Positions 28,057 to 38,688 of a DNA stretch of 51,367 bases are shown one piece after another. Numbering within the stretch: the stretch's first letter is position 1; every line of letters begins with the position of its first letter. Where the stretch lies: NCBI GenBank assembly GCA_016865985.1, contig VGNO01000001.1, positions 1 to 51,367 of the forward strand, written 5' to 3'. The notes below the pieces were generated by a model. That model was not told where the DNA came from, searched no databases, and saw only the letters and a program-made list of their open reading frames with translations. The DNA comes from Chloroflexota bacterium. Lineage in GTDB: Bacteria > Chloroflexota > Anaerolineae > Anaerolineales > Villigracilaceae. The position numbers and the translations under genes are program-made.

Positions 28057-28821
28057 TCACCACTCCCACTTCCTCAACCTCTCCATCGCCTCGCGCGCCG
28101 TCAGGTCCAGTTGCAGCGGGGTGATGGATACGTACCCGGCCTTCAGCGCGCCGAAGTCGGTGCCTTCCTCGATGACGCCGGTCGGGAAGTCGCCGCCGAT
28201 CCAGTAATACGGTTTGCCGCGCGGGTCCTTGCGGGCGTCCAGTTCGTCGCGGTAGAGGCGCAGTCCCTGGCGGGTGACCGCGTAGCCCTTGATCTCATCA
28301 TCTTTCAGGTACGGCACATTGACGTTCAACAGCACCCCCTCCGGCAGTCCACCGGCCAGCGCTTTTTGCGCCACGCGCCGGGCAACACGGGCCGCCGTGC
28401 TGTAATCGAGCGGGTCGAGATGCTCCTCCGGCGAGTTGAGCGAGACGGCAATGCCCGGCACGCCGCCGATGACCGCCTCCATGGCCGCCGTGACCGTCCC
28501 GGAATAGGTGACATCGTGGCCGATGTTCTCGTGCGGGTTGATGCCGGAGAGCACCAGGTCGATCTTTTCCTTCACCACGCCCAGCAAGGCCAGCGCCACG
28601 CTGTCGGACGGGGCGCCGTCGGTGGTCAGGGCGGGGGAGCCGTCCGACAGGGTCACCTGGCGGGCGCGCAGCGGGCGGTCCATCGTCTTGACATGTCCGG
28701 AGGCGCTCCAGTTGCGGTCCGGCGCGAACACGGTCACCGTCCCAAGGTCGCGCACCGCCTGCGCCAGAGCCAGCAGGCCGGGCGCCTGGACCCCGTCGTC
28801 GTTCGTTACCAGGATGTGCAT
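28057..28821 (-). CDS. surE: 5'/3'-nucleotidase SurE
   Basis: MHILVTNDDGVQAPGL N-terminus and GINPHENIG and YSGTVTAAMEA motifs. Confidence 0.93.
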   Translation of the reverse strand: MHILVTNDDGVQAPGLLALAQAVRDLGTVTVFAPDRNWSASGHVKTMDRPLRARQVTLSDGSPALTTDGAPSDSVALALLGVVKEKIDLVLSGINPHENIGHDVTYSGTVTAAMEAVIGGVPGIAVSLNSPEEHLDPLDYSTAARVARRVAQKALAGGLPEGVLLNVNVPYLKDDEIKGYAVTRQGLRLYRDELDARKDPRGKPYYWIGGDFPTGVIEEGTDFGALKAGYVSITPLQLDLTAREAMERLRKWEW

Positions 28822-28903
28822 GTTGCCTCTCGATAGGAAGTTTAGCCGGATTATATCGCGCCTGGCGCGCCGTTATAATCAGTTCAATCCAATGGAGGCT
28901 GAT

Positions 28904-30133
28904 ATGAACCGCATCCTGCACACCATTTCCATACTGACCCTGGCCGGCCTGCTGGTCTCCTGTGCACCGGCAGGTGATGCAACCCCGGCGGTCCCCCCCG
29001 AGTCGGCCGCAACGCCGCCGGCCGCAGCCACACCGGTCGAAGCGGCGACCGCCACGGCCACCAGCGCCCCGCCCTCCTACCCGGAACGGGACGACCCGGC
29101 GGGGATGACCGTCGTCCAGGACAAGGGCACAACCCTGGCCTTCTATGATTTACGAGGCGGCCTGCTCGGTTCACGCGCCCTCCCGCCCACCGGCGGCTCC
29201 TCCAGCCGTCTCCACATTTCCGGGACGGCGGCGGACGGTGTGGAAGCGCTGGATGTCCTGCGGTTCGTGCAGGACGGCCACGCGGTCGCTATCTTCTCCG
29301 GTCAGGCGGAGATCCTGCGGCTGGAGGGCAGCCTGAACGGGGTCGTTGGCGTTCCCGGCCAGCCGCTGGTCGCCTTCGGGCTGCTCAATCCCAGCGCGGA
29401 TGGCGGTCAACTGGTCTCGCAGATCTATCTTGGCACACCGCAGACGCTGGCCGGGGCGCAACCGGTATTCGAGCACACCGGCTCGTTCGGCGGGGCGTTC
29501 GGTCCGCTGCGGATCGAGATCGAAGCCGGGCAGCCGGTGGGCATCTGGTATACCCTGCGGGCGTATGGCATCGGCGGCCACATCATCTACGACCCGACCA
29601 ACGGCCTGTATTTCCTCGACCTGGCGACCGGGCTGGGGGTCGAATTCACCATCCCCGACAGCGACATCCACCAGGCGGCGTTCTCGCCGGATGGCTCCTG
29701 GCTCTCGTACGTGTCGATGGGCAGCATCGAATTCTTCAACCTGCAGGACGGCTCGACCTTCTCCATCCCGCAACTGCCGGAAAGCGATCGCGGCGGCGGG
29801 GATGTGACCATCGCGCCCGGTAACCAGTATGTCGCCTGGAAGGAGGCGCACGGCTCATTCCTTGCCGCCGACGGCGAGCCGGATTATTACGCCCTCTTGC
29901 GGGTAGGAGTCATCGACCAGGGGCCGGTGCACGACTTTGCCGAGGCTTTCTTCGAGCAGGCGGCTGGATATGTGGTCAACGATATGTCGCCCGTTGCCTG
30001 GCTGGACGACCAGACCCTGCTGGTCAGCCTGTCCAATGAGTACGGGGCGCGCCAGTTGTGGATGCTCGACCTGTCCGGTCCGACCCCGCGCCTGTTGGCC
30101 GACGGGGACCTCGCCGGGTTCATATATCCCTGA
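28904..30133 (+). CDS. Lipoprotein, probable beta-propeller (TolB/PD40-like), unknown function
   Basis: GGAGG RBS and lipobox LVSC. FSPDGSWLSYVS-type repeat. The listed ORF start at 28508 was rejected because it is antisense to surE. Confidence 0.7.
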   Translation: MNRILHTISILTLAGLLVSCAPAGDATPAVPPESAATPPAAATPVEAATATATSAPPSYPERDDPAGMTVVQDKGTTLAFYDLRGGLLGSRALPPTGGSSSRLHISGTAADGVEALDVLRFVQDGHAVAIFSGQAEILRLEGSLNGVVGVPGQPLVAFGLLNPSADGGQLVSQIYLGTPQTLAGAQPVFEHTGSFGGAFGPLRIEIEAGQPVGIWYTLRAYGIGGHIIYDPTNGLYFLDLATGLGVEFTIPDSDIHQAAFSPDGSWLSYVSMGSIEFFNLQDGSTFSIPQLPESDRGGGDVTIAPGNQYVAWKEAHGSFLAADGEPDYYALLRVGVIDQGPVHDFAEAFFEQAAGYVVNDMSPVAWLDDQTLLVSLSNEYGARQLWMLDLSGPTPRLLADGDLAGFIYP

Positions 30134-30218
30134 GCCACCTTGGAACAGGGCGCAGGCTGCCCGCTGTCCCCGGGCAGCCTTTGCGCGCCTGCCAATGGTA
30201 GAATCACGCCCGAATATC

Positions 30219-30809
30219 ATGTGCGCCAGACTGCTGATCGCTTCGTTGATCGTATCCATTTGCTGCGGGTGTGTCGCGCCGGCGGCTTCCATACAGCCGG
30301 CTTCGCCCAGCCCCACGCCGCCTCCCACGCTCCTGCCGACCGGGACCCTCCCGTCCGCCTCCGGGACACCGCTCCCGCCGACCCGGACGCCCCGGCCTGC
30401 CACGCCGGTGATCGAGACCTGGAGCGGCCTGCCGGTGTTCGTGGAATCGCAGCCCGGGGCGCGCTTCAGCCTCGAGTTCGACTCCAACCGCTGGGGGCGG
30501 GTGGCGGACACCTTCGGTTTCCCGGCCCTCGCTCATCGCCACCTCCCATCCTGCCAATTTGGGACGCTGGTCGGGCGCGGCCTGCCAGCGGGCGCGAGCG
30601 CCACCCAATCCTTCCGCAACCTGGGCGGGATCCGTTTCGAGGTCATCCGGGTCAGCGAGGGAGGCGCGCTGCGTTATGTCAACTACATCGGCGGGGACGG
30701 CGTCATCCTGGCCGGTTTCAGGGTCTCCTTCGGTGAACAGGTGGAACCCTGCATCGGAGAGGCAGAGACCATCCTCTCCACCCTGCGTTCGAACCCCGCT
30801 GTGCCCTGA
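30219..30809 (+). CDS. Lipoprotein, unknown function
   Basis: Start MCARLLIASLIVSICCGC (lipobox) followed by a Pro/Thr/Ser linker. The listed ORF start at 29937 overlaps the previous gene. Confidence 0.6.
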   Translation: MCARLLIASLIVSICCGCVAPAASIQPASPSPTPPPTLLPTGTLPSASGTPLPPTRTPRPATPVIETWSGLPVFVESQPGARFSLEFDSNRWGRVADTFGFPALAHRHLPSCQFGTLVGRGLPAGASATQSFRNLGGIRFEVIRVSEGGALRYVNYIGGDGVILAGFRVSFGEQVEPCIGEAETILSTLRSNPAVP

Positions 30810-30816
30810 GGCAACC

Positions 30817-32133
30817 ATGAACCGATCTGCCTGGAAACGCCTTTCGATTTTCCTGGTCGCCGGGCTGCTGCTGGCGGCGTTCTGGCCGCCCATGCGCCTG
30901 GCGTCTGCCCGGCCGGCGGCGCTGGTGCAGCCGTTCCTCTTCCCGCCGTATCCCGGCCCTGCCAGCCTCGAAGGGCTTTTCGACCATGCCGGCCCGTTCC
31001 AGCCGGCCTCCGACCGGCGGTTGGTCGTCTTCACTGGCGACGAGGCGGCGGCGGACTGTCCGTCCCCGCTCCCGGCGGGATACACCCCGCCGCCGCTGGC
31101 AGGGCAATGCGACGGCGGTTCCGGCATCTACTGGAGCGCGGGCGCCGGGGACTGGCTGGCATCCGATGGGCATAGCGGGGTCGATTTTGGTATTTTCTAC
31201 CGCCCGGTCTACGCCGCCGCCGCCAGCGACCAGGCGCTGGCCGCCGGTTGGGATGACCCGCAGGACCACCGCGCCGGGCTGGGACTATCCATCACCCTGC
31301 GCCACGCCAACGGCTACCGGACCACCTACGGCCACTTGAGCGCCGTTTTCGTGCAGGCCTGCGACGCGCCCGGCTGCGCCGCCTTGAAGGCCGGGGATGT
31401 GATCGGATTCAGCGGCAACAGCGGCAACTCGGCCGCCCCGCACCTGCATTTCGAAGTCACCGCCCCCGGCGGGCAGGCGGTCGATCCCTACGGCTGGAGC
31501 GGGGAATTTACCGATCCCTGGCCGTTCAACCCGGGACACCCGCTCTGGGCGGCTTATCCCGCCGTCCTTCCTTATGGCGGAGGGCAGGTGCGGCTGGCGC
31601 CTTCCGGGGACGAACTGGCCTACCCGGCACAGGGCGGTGAAGGGCTGGTGGTGGATGACGACAGCGCCGGTTTCAGCGAGTCCCCGCCCGGCTGCTGGAT
31701 GGACATCCCCACCGAAGCCGGGCAAAGCCAGGGCGGCGGGATGCGCTTCACCCGCCCGGTTTCGAGCGGACTTGCCACCTGTTCGGCGCGCTGGGACTTC
31801 CCGGCCGGGGAGCCGCCGGGCGTCTATGCCGTCTACCTGCGCATCCCGGCGCGCCATGCCAGCAGCGACTCAGCCGGCTACACCGTCGCCCATGACGGGG
31901 AGGCCGCCCTGCTCATCGTCAGCCAGGCAGCCTTCCAGGATTCACCCTTCCTGCCGGGCGGCTGGCTCTACATCGGGGAATTTGTTTTTTCGGGGGATGG
32001 GGGGGAGTACATCTCCCTCTCGAACCTGACGCAGGACCCGCCCGCCGCAGTCCGCTCGCTCGAACTGGGGGCGGACGCGGTGCGCTTCGTCTTCGTGGCG
32101 ACGCTCCAGCCGGAGGCCGCGCCCGGGCCGTGA
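30817..32133 (+). CDS. M23-family metallopeptidase with C-terminal extra domain
   Basis: Signal/TM segment. HSGVDFG (HxxxD) and HLHFEV (HxH) zinc ligands. Start MNRSAWKRLSIFLVAG. Confidence 0.85.
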   Translation: MNRSAWKRLSIFLVAGLLLAAFWPPMRLASARPAALVQPFLFPPYPGPASLEGLFDHAGPFQPASDRRLVVFTGDEAAADCPSPLPAGYTPPPLAGQCDGGSGIYWSAGAGDWLASDGHSGVDFGIFYRPVYAAAASDQALAAGWDDPQDHRAGLGLSITLRHANGYRTTYGHLSAVFVQACDAPGCAALKAGDVIGFSGNSGNSAAPHLHFEVTAPGGQAVDPYGWSGEFTDPWPFNPGHPLWAAYPAVLPYGGGQVRLAPSGDELAYPAQGGEGLVVDDDSAGFSESPPGCWMDIPTEAGQSQGGGMRFTRPVSSGLATCSARWDFPAGEPPGVYAVYLRIPARHASSDSAGYTVAHDGEAALLIVSQAAFQDSPFLPGGWLYIGEFVFSGDGGEYISLSNLTQDPPAAVRSLELGADAVRFVFVATLQPEAAPGP

Positions 32134-32242
32134 ATCCCAGGCCGGGGGGCGGGACGGTCCGCCGTCCTCCCGACACCGGCGGGGCATTCCCCCAGGATGA
32201 TGATCCCCGGTCCGCCAACCGGGCTTCCGTTTCGAACGGGGG

Positions 32243-32866
32243 CTAGAGGTCCACCCTGCGCTGCACCACCCGGTGGTGCTCGGCCTGGATGACGGCGATC
32301 ACCGTGTCCACCGTCTCGTCCAGGTGGCAGTCGCTGTTGATGACCACGTAGTCGAACTCGTCGATCCGTTTCAATTCCTGGCGGGCGGTGGCGATGCGCA
32401 ACTTCAGCCCCTCCGGGGTTTCGGTCTTGCGCCCCATCAGGCGTTCCACCAGTTCGCTCTCGTTGCGGGTGGTCAGGAAGATGAGCAGGGCTTCGGGCGC
32501 TAGTTTGCGGATGCTGGACGCGCCCTGGACATCGACCCGCATCACCACGTCCTTGCCGGAGGCCAGCGCCTCGCGCACCTGCTGTTTCGGGATGCCCTTG
32601 TAGTCGTTATAGACGATGGCATATTCCAGCAGTTCGTTGCCCTCGACCAGGCTGGCAAATTCATCATGGGTGACGAAGAAGTAGTCCTGGCCGTGGATTT
32701 CGTTGGTGCGCCGCTCGCGGGTGGTGGCGGTGACCACGAAGTGGAACGGCAGGCCGCGTTCCTTCATGCGCTGCAGCACCGTATCCTTGCCCACCCCGGA
32801 TGGTCCGGAGATGACGATCAACAAGGGCTGCGGTTTATGGAATTCGAAATCGGGGTCGGAAGTCAT
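32243..32866 (-). CDS. gmk: Guanylate kinase
   Basis: P-loop SGPSGVGKDT, TTR..R..E..G.DYFFV and IVYNDYKG motifs. Confidence 0.93.
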   Translation of the reverse strand: MTSDPDFEFHKPQPLLIVISGPSGVGKDTVLQRMKERGLPFHFVVTATTRERRTNEIHGQDYFFVTHDEFASLVEGNELLEYAIVYNDYKGIPKQQVREALASGKDVVMRVDVQGASSIRKLAPEALLIFLTTRNESELVERLMGRKTETPEGLKLRIATARQELKRIDEFDYVVINSDCHLDETVDTVIAVIQAEHHRVVQRRVDL

Positions 32867-32908
32867 GTCCCTATTTTACCCGATGCCGGGAGCGGTTATA
32901 ATTTCGCC

Positions 32909-33307
32909 ATGCCATCCTACGACTATACCTGCCTCGAATGCCGCCAGCGCTTCGACATCTTCCTGACCTATGCCGAATACGGGACGCGCCCCGTGGCCTG
33001 TTCCCATTGCGGCAGCCGCAACGTCCGCCGCCGCCTGAACCGCGTCCGCCTGGCGAAATCGGAGGACAGCCGGATCGAATCGCTGGCCGGGGATTTCTCC
33101 GGTCCCTCCGCCCTGGCGGGGCTGGAGAACGACCCACGGGCGATGGGACGCATGATGCGCAAAATGGGGAACGAACTGGGCGAGGAGATGCCGCCCGAGT
33201 TCGGCGAGGTGGTGGACCGGCTGGAAAAAGGCCAGAGCCCGGAGGAGATCGAGAAGGACCTGCCGGACCTGGGATTGGGGGATGAAACCGGGATGGGAGG
33301 CGAGTAG
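32909..33307 (+). CDS. FmdB-family zinc-ribbon putative regulatory protein
   Basis: MPSYDYTCLECRQRF...CSHCGS (CxxC...CxxC). TATAAT ends a few nt before the ATG, so the mRNA may be leaderless. Confidence 0.8.
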   Translation: MPSYDYTCLECRQRFDIFLTYAEYGTRPVACSHCGSRNVRRRLNRVRLAKSEDSRIESLAGDFSGPSALAGLENDPRAMGRMMRKMGNELGEEMPPEFGEVVDRLEKGQSPEEIEKDLPDLGLGDETGMGGE

Positions 33308-33332
33308 CCGGAAGCCGGCATGGACGGGGCGC

Positions 33333-34628
33333 TTACTCGCCGGATGGACCCACGAACACATCGAACTGGCGGCTGAAATCCAGGTCGGGGCGTTCGGGAT
33401 CCTGGAATGCCACTACCTGGCGGGCTTCCATTCCCGGCCCGGCCAGCCAGATGGCTGATAATGTGTGGTGCACGAGAATGGGGTGTTCCGCGTCCAGCCA
33501 CGCCAGGCGGGTCGCCACAGGGGCAGTTGGGGGGATGGCCGGCAGTTCGCTGGTGTTCTCGTTGAACAACGACCGCCGGACGAAACGGCCTTGCAGATCC
33601 CGGTAGACAAAACTGGCCGAGTCGGGACCCCAGCCCAGGAAGGTAACCCCGCCGTAGTCCGGCCGGACTGCTGAATAATAAACCTTATCTTCTGAACCGT
33701 CCCGGCTGGCGATGTGCAGTTCCAGCGGGCTGTCCACGAAGGTCCCCTGCTCGAGGAAATACGCATAATGGGACAGGTCGGGCGGGAAGACCAGCCCGCT
33801 GGCAGGCGCCTGGAATTCCAGGGCGGACGAGCCGTCCACGGCGACGCGCCAGATGCTTCCGCCTTCTTCGGTCCGCAACTCGGCCAGGAGGGACTGCGAA
33901 TCGTCCGCCCACCAGAGGGCCGGGAAGTACGGGGTCAGCCCTTCCCGATATTCCGGGTACTCCAGCGCCACCTGTCTCCCGCTGCCGTCAGGCTTCATCA
34001 ACAGGGTCCGTTCCGGCGAGACAACCGCCAGCCATTCCCCGTCGGGGGAGGGATGTGCCAGGCCGCCCGCGCCGGGAGGAAAGATGATTTGCATCTCACC
34101 GCTGCCGGCATCGACAAGCGCCAGGTCCTGCCGGGGCGGATATCCGAGGCCGGAGCCATCCAATGTGGACAACATCAGCAGCGGCCTGCCGGGCAGCCAG
34201 GAGAATACCAGCAGGCGCTCGGGATTTTGCGGGGCGATGGATGCCATCTGCGCCGCGTCCACCAGCAGGCGCTCGTCCGTCCCATCGCTGTGGATGGCCC
34301 ATAGTTCGCCATCCCGCAGGAAAGCGATCTGCCCTCCGTCGCTCGAAAACGTCAGGCGCGATGATGGGCTGGCCCGGGTCAGGGCCTGCGGGAGGCCGTT
34401 TTCCCAGACCCACAGTTTACCCTGGTCAGTGTATGCAATTTTCAACGGGGGATAAACCGGCGACGGTGCGGGCGATGGTGTGGGCGAAAGTGTAGCGGGC
34501 GCAGCGACTGCCGGGCCGGTCTCTGTGACGGAAATGCCAGCCGGGGTCGGCGGCTGGCAGGCAGACAACAGGAGCGCCAGCAGGAGGCCAAGCCATAAAG
34601 GCTTCTTTACAAGAGGGACGGTTTCCAT
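33333..34628 (-). CDS. Lipoprotein, TolB/PD40-like beta-propeller, unknown function
   Basis: Start METVPLVKKPLWLGLLLALLLSAC (lipobox). Repeated SxDG..(I/L)AF units. The N-terminal extension of listed ORF 33333..34973 was rejected. Confidence 0.7.
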   Translation of the reverse strand: METVPLVKKPLWLGLLLALLLSACQPPTPAGISVTETGPAVAAPATLSPTPSPAPSPVYPPLKIAYTDQGKLWVWENGLPQALTRASPSSRLTFSSDGGQIAFLRDGELWAIHSDGTDERLLVDAAQMASIAPQNPERLLVFSWLPGRPLLMLSTLDGSGLGYPPRQDLALVDAGSGEMQIIFPPGAGGLAHPSPDGEWLAVVSPERTLLMKPDGSGRQVALEYPEYREGLTPYFPALWWADDSQSLLAELRTEEGGSIWRVAVDGSSALEFQAPASGLVFPPDLSHYAYFLEQGTFVDSPLELHIASRDGSEDKVYYSAVRPDYGGVTFLGWGPDSASFVYRDLQGRFVRRSLFNENTSELPAIPPTAPVATRLAWLDAEHPILVHHTLSAIWLAGPGMEARQVVAFQDPERPDLDFSRQFDVFVGPSGE

Positions 34629-34759
34629 GAGAAAGAAGGATGGCGAAGCGGTGGCGCGATTGAGCGGGGGGAGGATGGCTGATGTGGGATGGGATGTGGG
34701 AGAGGCGTGAGAGGTCTGTAAACCAAACGGCGCCCAGGCCTGTTCTTCGGCAAGGCGGA

Positions 34760-35035
34760 TCACTTCTCTGACAGCGCTCCGGTGGTGTATTTGTGCAGGA
34801 TGCTGGAGATCAATGTCTGGTAGGGGAGGCCTTCCCGGAGGGCGCGCTTTTGCAGGCTCAGCAGGTCTTTTTCGGAGATGCGGATGTTGACCCGCCTGTC
34901 CTTGCGGAATGCTGCGCGGGCATAGGCGCCGTAGCGCGCCTTCTCTTCCGCGATCTTTCTGGCCGCGGCCCACTCATCCGCCTCGTAGGAGGCGAGCAGT
35001 TCCAGTTCCTCCTGGTCGAATTTGATCCCGGTCAT
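34760..35035 (-). CDS. brnA: BrnA-type (CopG/RHH) antitoxin
   Basis: 91 aa. C-terminal RVNIRISEKDLLSLQKRALREGLPYQTLISSILHKY pattern. Lies immediately downstream of the BrnT-like gene. Confidence 0.75.
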   Translation of the reverse strand: MTGIKFDQEELELLASYEADEWAAARKIAEEKARYGAYARAAFRKDRRVNIRISEKDLLSLQKRALREGLPYQTLISSILHKYTTGALSEK

Positions 35036-35036
35036 T

Positions 35037-35312
35037 TCAGTTTCCTTTCAGGTACTTGCGCGTCGCTTTACGGCTGGGGATGATGGTCTTCAGGGAGATT
35101 TCCTCTTCGCTTTCGATAAAAGGTACGAGATACACATACTCATCAGCGAGGACGACAAAAATACGCTGGCCTTTGTACTTTTCCTGGTTGGGATGTTCCA
35201 GAACATCCAGCAAGCCGCCCGCACCGATGGAAAGGACAACGTCATCGAAAGAAAACTGTCTTTCCTGCTTGAGACCCTCGTTTTTCTCTTCGTTCCAGGA
35301 AAAGCGTTTCAT
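35037..35312 (-). CDS. brnT: BrnT-family (DUF497) toxin
   Basis: MKRFSWNEEKNEGLKQERQFSFDDV matches the F.WD..KN......HG.SFEE pattern. 91 aa. Its stop lies 1 nt before the antitoxin ATG. Low G+C. Confidence 0.75.
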   Translation of the reverse strand: MKRFSWNEEKNEGLKQERQFSFDDVVLSIGAGGLLDVLEHPNQEKYKGQRIFVVLADEYVYLVPFIESEEEISLKTIIPSRKATRKYLKGN

Positions 35313-35597
35313 GCGCCGATTGTAATCGAATGTGTGCCTATTGGCAACAGGTTGTCTTTGTTGCTGAAGTAGAGTCGATTTCTCGACGAGATCGAGCAGG
35401 AGTTGCCGGATTTGGGGGGAGGGTCGGCTGGGAATTATGTGGCGGCGTTGGGCATACCCGTCCTGGGTGGCCCTGACCCCATCGGGGAATACCATCAATT
35501 CGAAAAGGAATACGGGCACACGGCAAGTCTGGCTGAGCGCAGCCGGCTCCTGGCGCTCCTGATGCGCGATTGGATGAAATAGAAAGCGCCCATTTTT

Positions 35598-35672
35598 CTC
35601 GTTCCGACGCTCTGCGTCGGAATGCCCCGCTGGCGCTCCGCGCCTGAAGCGGGACGCGGAGCATCGTCACCA
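35598..35672 (+). repeat. REP-like element, copy 3 (both sub-units)
   Basis: CTCGTTCCGACGCTCTGCGTCGGAATGCC, with the hairpin TTCCGACGC-TCT-GCGTCGGAA at 35602-35622. Followed by ...CCTGAAGCGGGACGCGGAGCATCGTCACCAGGAAA, which resembles 3571-3625. Confidence 0.55.
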
Positions 35673-35762
35673 GGAAATAGGGACGGCTCCCACGCCGTCC
35701 CGCCGGGGCATGGGGCCCAGCTAAATTATCGGACAGTCATTGAGATGGCATACAGGGAGAGT

Positions 35763-36380
35763 TTACAGTTTTGGGATATGTTCCAGAAGGAGTGATCCCA
35801 ATTCTTTTTGTACTTCCTCCCATTTGCGTCCCGCGTCCACCAGTACCCACCTCCCCGGCTCCTGCTTGACCATCTCCAGGTATCCGTTCCGCACCCGCTG
35901 GTGGAATTCCACCGTGTAGGCATCCAGCCGGTTCCACTCGTCGGCTTTCTTTTTACGCTTCAGGCCGGTCTCCACATCCACATCCAGCAATATCGTCAGG
36001 TTGGGGACCAGGCTGCCGGTAGCATACTTGATCAGGGCGCGCACCTGCTCCAGGTCCTGCTGGTGGCCGTAACCCTGGTAGGCCAGGGTGGAATCGGCGT
36101 AACGGTCAGACAGCACGATCTCGCCCAGCGCCAGCCGCGGGCGGATGACCTGCTCCACGAACTGCGCCCGCGCCGCCTGGTAGAGCAGGGTCTCGGTGCG
36201 GGCGTGCATCTCGGTGTTCTTCAGGCTGTGCAGCACCTCGCGGATCTGCTCGCCGATGGACGTGCCGCCCGGTTCGCGGGTCGGGAAAACAGTGTACCCC
36301 TTCTCGCGCAGGAATTCCACGAGAGAGGGGATGTGGCTGGTCTTGCCGGAGCCTTCGGGGCCTTCGAAGGTAATGAACAT
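35763..36380 (-). CDS. tmk: dTMP (thymidylate) kinase
   Basis: MFITFEGPEGSGKTS P-loop, REPGGT, DRY.DS..AYQG. Confidence 0.93.
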   Translation of the reverse strand: MFITFEGPEGSGKTSHIPSLVEFLREKGYTVFPTREPGGTSIGEQIREVLHSLKNTEMHARTETLLYQAARAQFVEQVIRPRLALGEIVLSDRYADSTLAYQGYGHQQDLEQVRALIKYATGSLVPNLTILLDVDVETGLKRKKKADEWNRLDAYTVEFHQRVRNGYLEMVKQEPGRWVLVDAGRKWEEVQKELGSLLLEHIPKL

Positions 36381-36461
36381 CGGTGTGATTATTCCATCAA
36401 CGGATGCAATCGGAGATGACGATGGACGGTTGACCGTGGTCTGCCGTCCATCGTCCGCGGT

Positions 36462-38069
<1,608 letters not shown>

Positions 38070-38093
38070 GTTCTGGTATTTCTTCGAGGTTTC

Positions 38094-38534
38094 TTATTCG
38101 AGGCTTTCGATATCCGCCAAATCCTGATGCCGACCGACTGCCTTCTTGTTGAGGATCAAATTCCCCAAGTCAATGAAGTTGACCTGGGTACCGTCAACCT
38201 CCGCCTGGACGCGGGCGGTGTAGCAGGTATCGAAGTCCACGCCAGGTGTGGATGTGATTATGTCAATGCGGTTGGGGGGATAACCTAACTGGATAATCTG
38301 ATCTGGCGTGGTGAAATCTGATTCCTTGAGTCCCAGCGAGGCAAAACCGAACTGCTCCAATGCCTTAATGATGTTGGCCGCGTTTTCAGCATCCATGGCA
38401 ACCCAAACATCCATATCTTTGGTGTAGCGGGGATGGCCGTGAAACGCAACCGCGAAGCCGCCGATAACCAGATACCGGACGCCGTTATCGTTTAACGATT
38501 GAATAAACTCTTTGAAATCTTGGTTCAGCACCAT
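38094..38534 (-). CDS. Small nucleotidyltransferase-fold protein (possible TA/Abi-type module component)
   Basis: 146 aa. VRYLVIGGFAVAFHGHPRYTKDMDVWV has the GG...D.D NTase pattern. Low G+C. Confidence 0.65.
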   Translation of the reverse strand: MVLNQDFKEFIQSLNDNGVRYLVIGGFAVAFHGHPRYTKDMDVWVAMDAENAANIIKALEQFGFASLGLKESDFTTPDQIIQLGYPPNRIDIITSTPGVDFDTCYTARVQAEVDGTQVNFIDLGNLILNKKAVGRHQDLADIESLE

Positions 38535-38676
38535 ATCTCCAGCGGTGATATTCCCGGCGTATCTCTTCCAGCGCGGCGAGGCGCACCGCGGGCGGCTGCG
38601 TCTGCCAGTATTTCAGGTCGAACGACCTGTCCAGCTCCTGGATCTTACCTTTGCGGACGAAGGCTTTTCTTTCCAT
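38485..38676 (-). CDS. Small conserved-looking protein, partner of the downstream NTase-fold gene
   Basis: 63 aa, ...YWQTQPPAVRLAALEEIRREY...FQRVYSIVKR. Its 3' end overlaps the NTase gene start by 50 nt in another frame. Confidence 0.5.
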   Translation of the reverse strand: MERKAFVRKGKIQELDRSFDLKYWQTQPPAVRLAALEEIRREYHRWRYGAEPRFQRVYSIVKR

Positions 38677-38688
38677 GCCGGTATTGTA

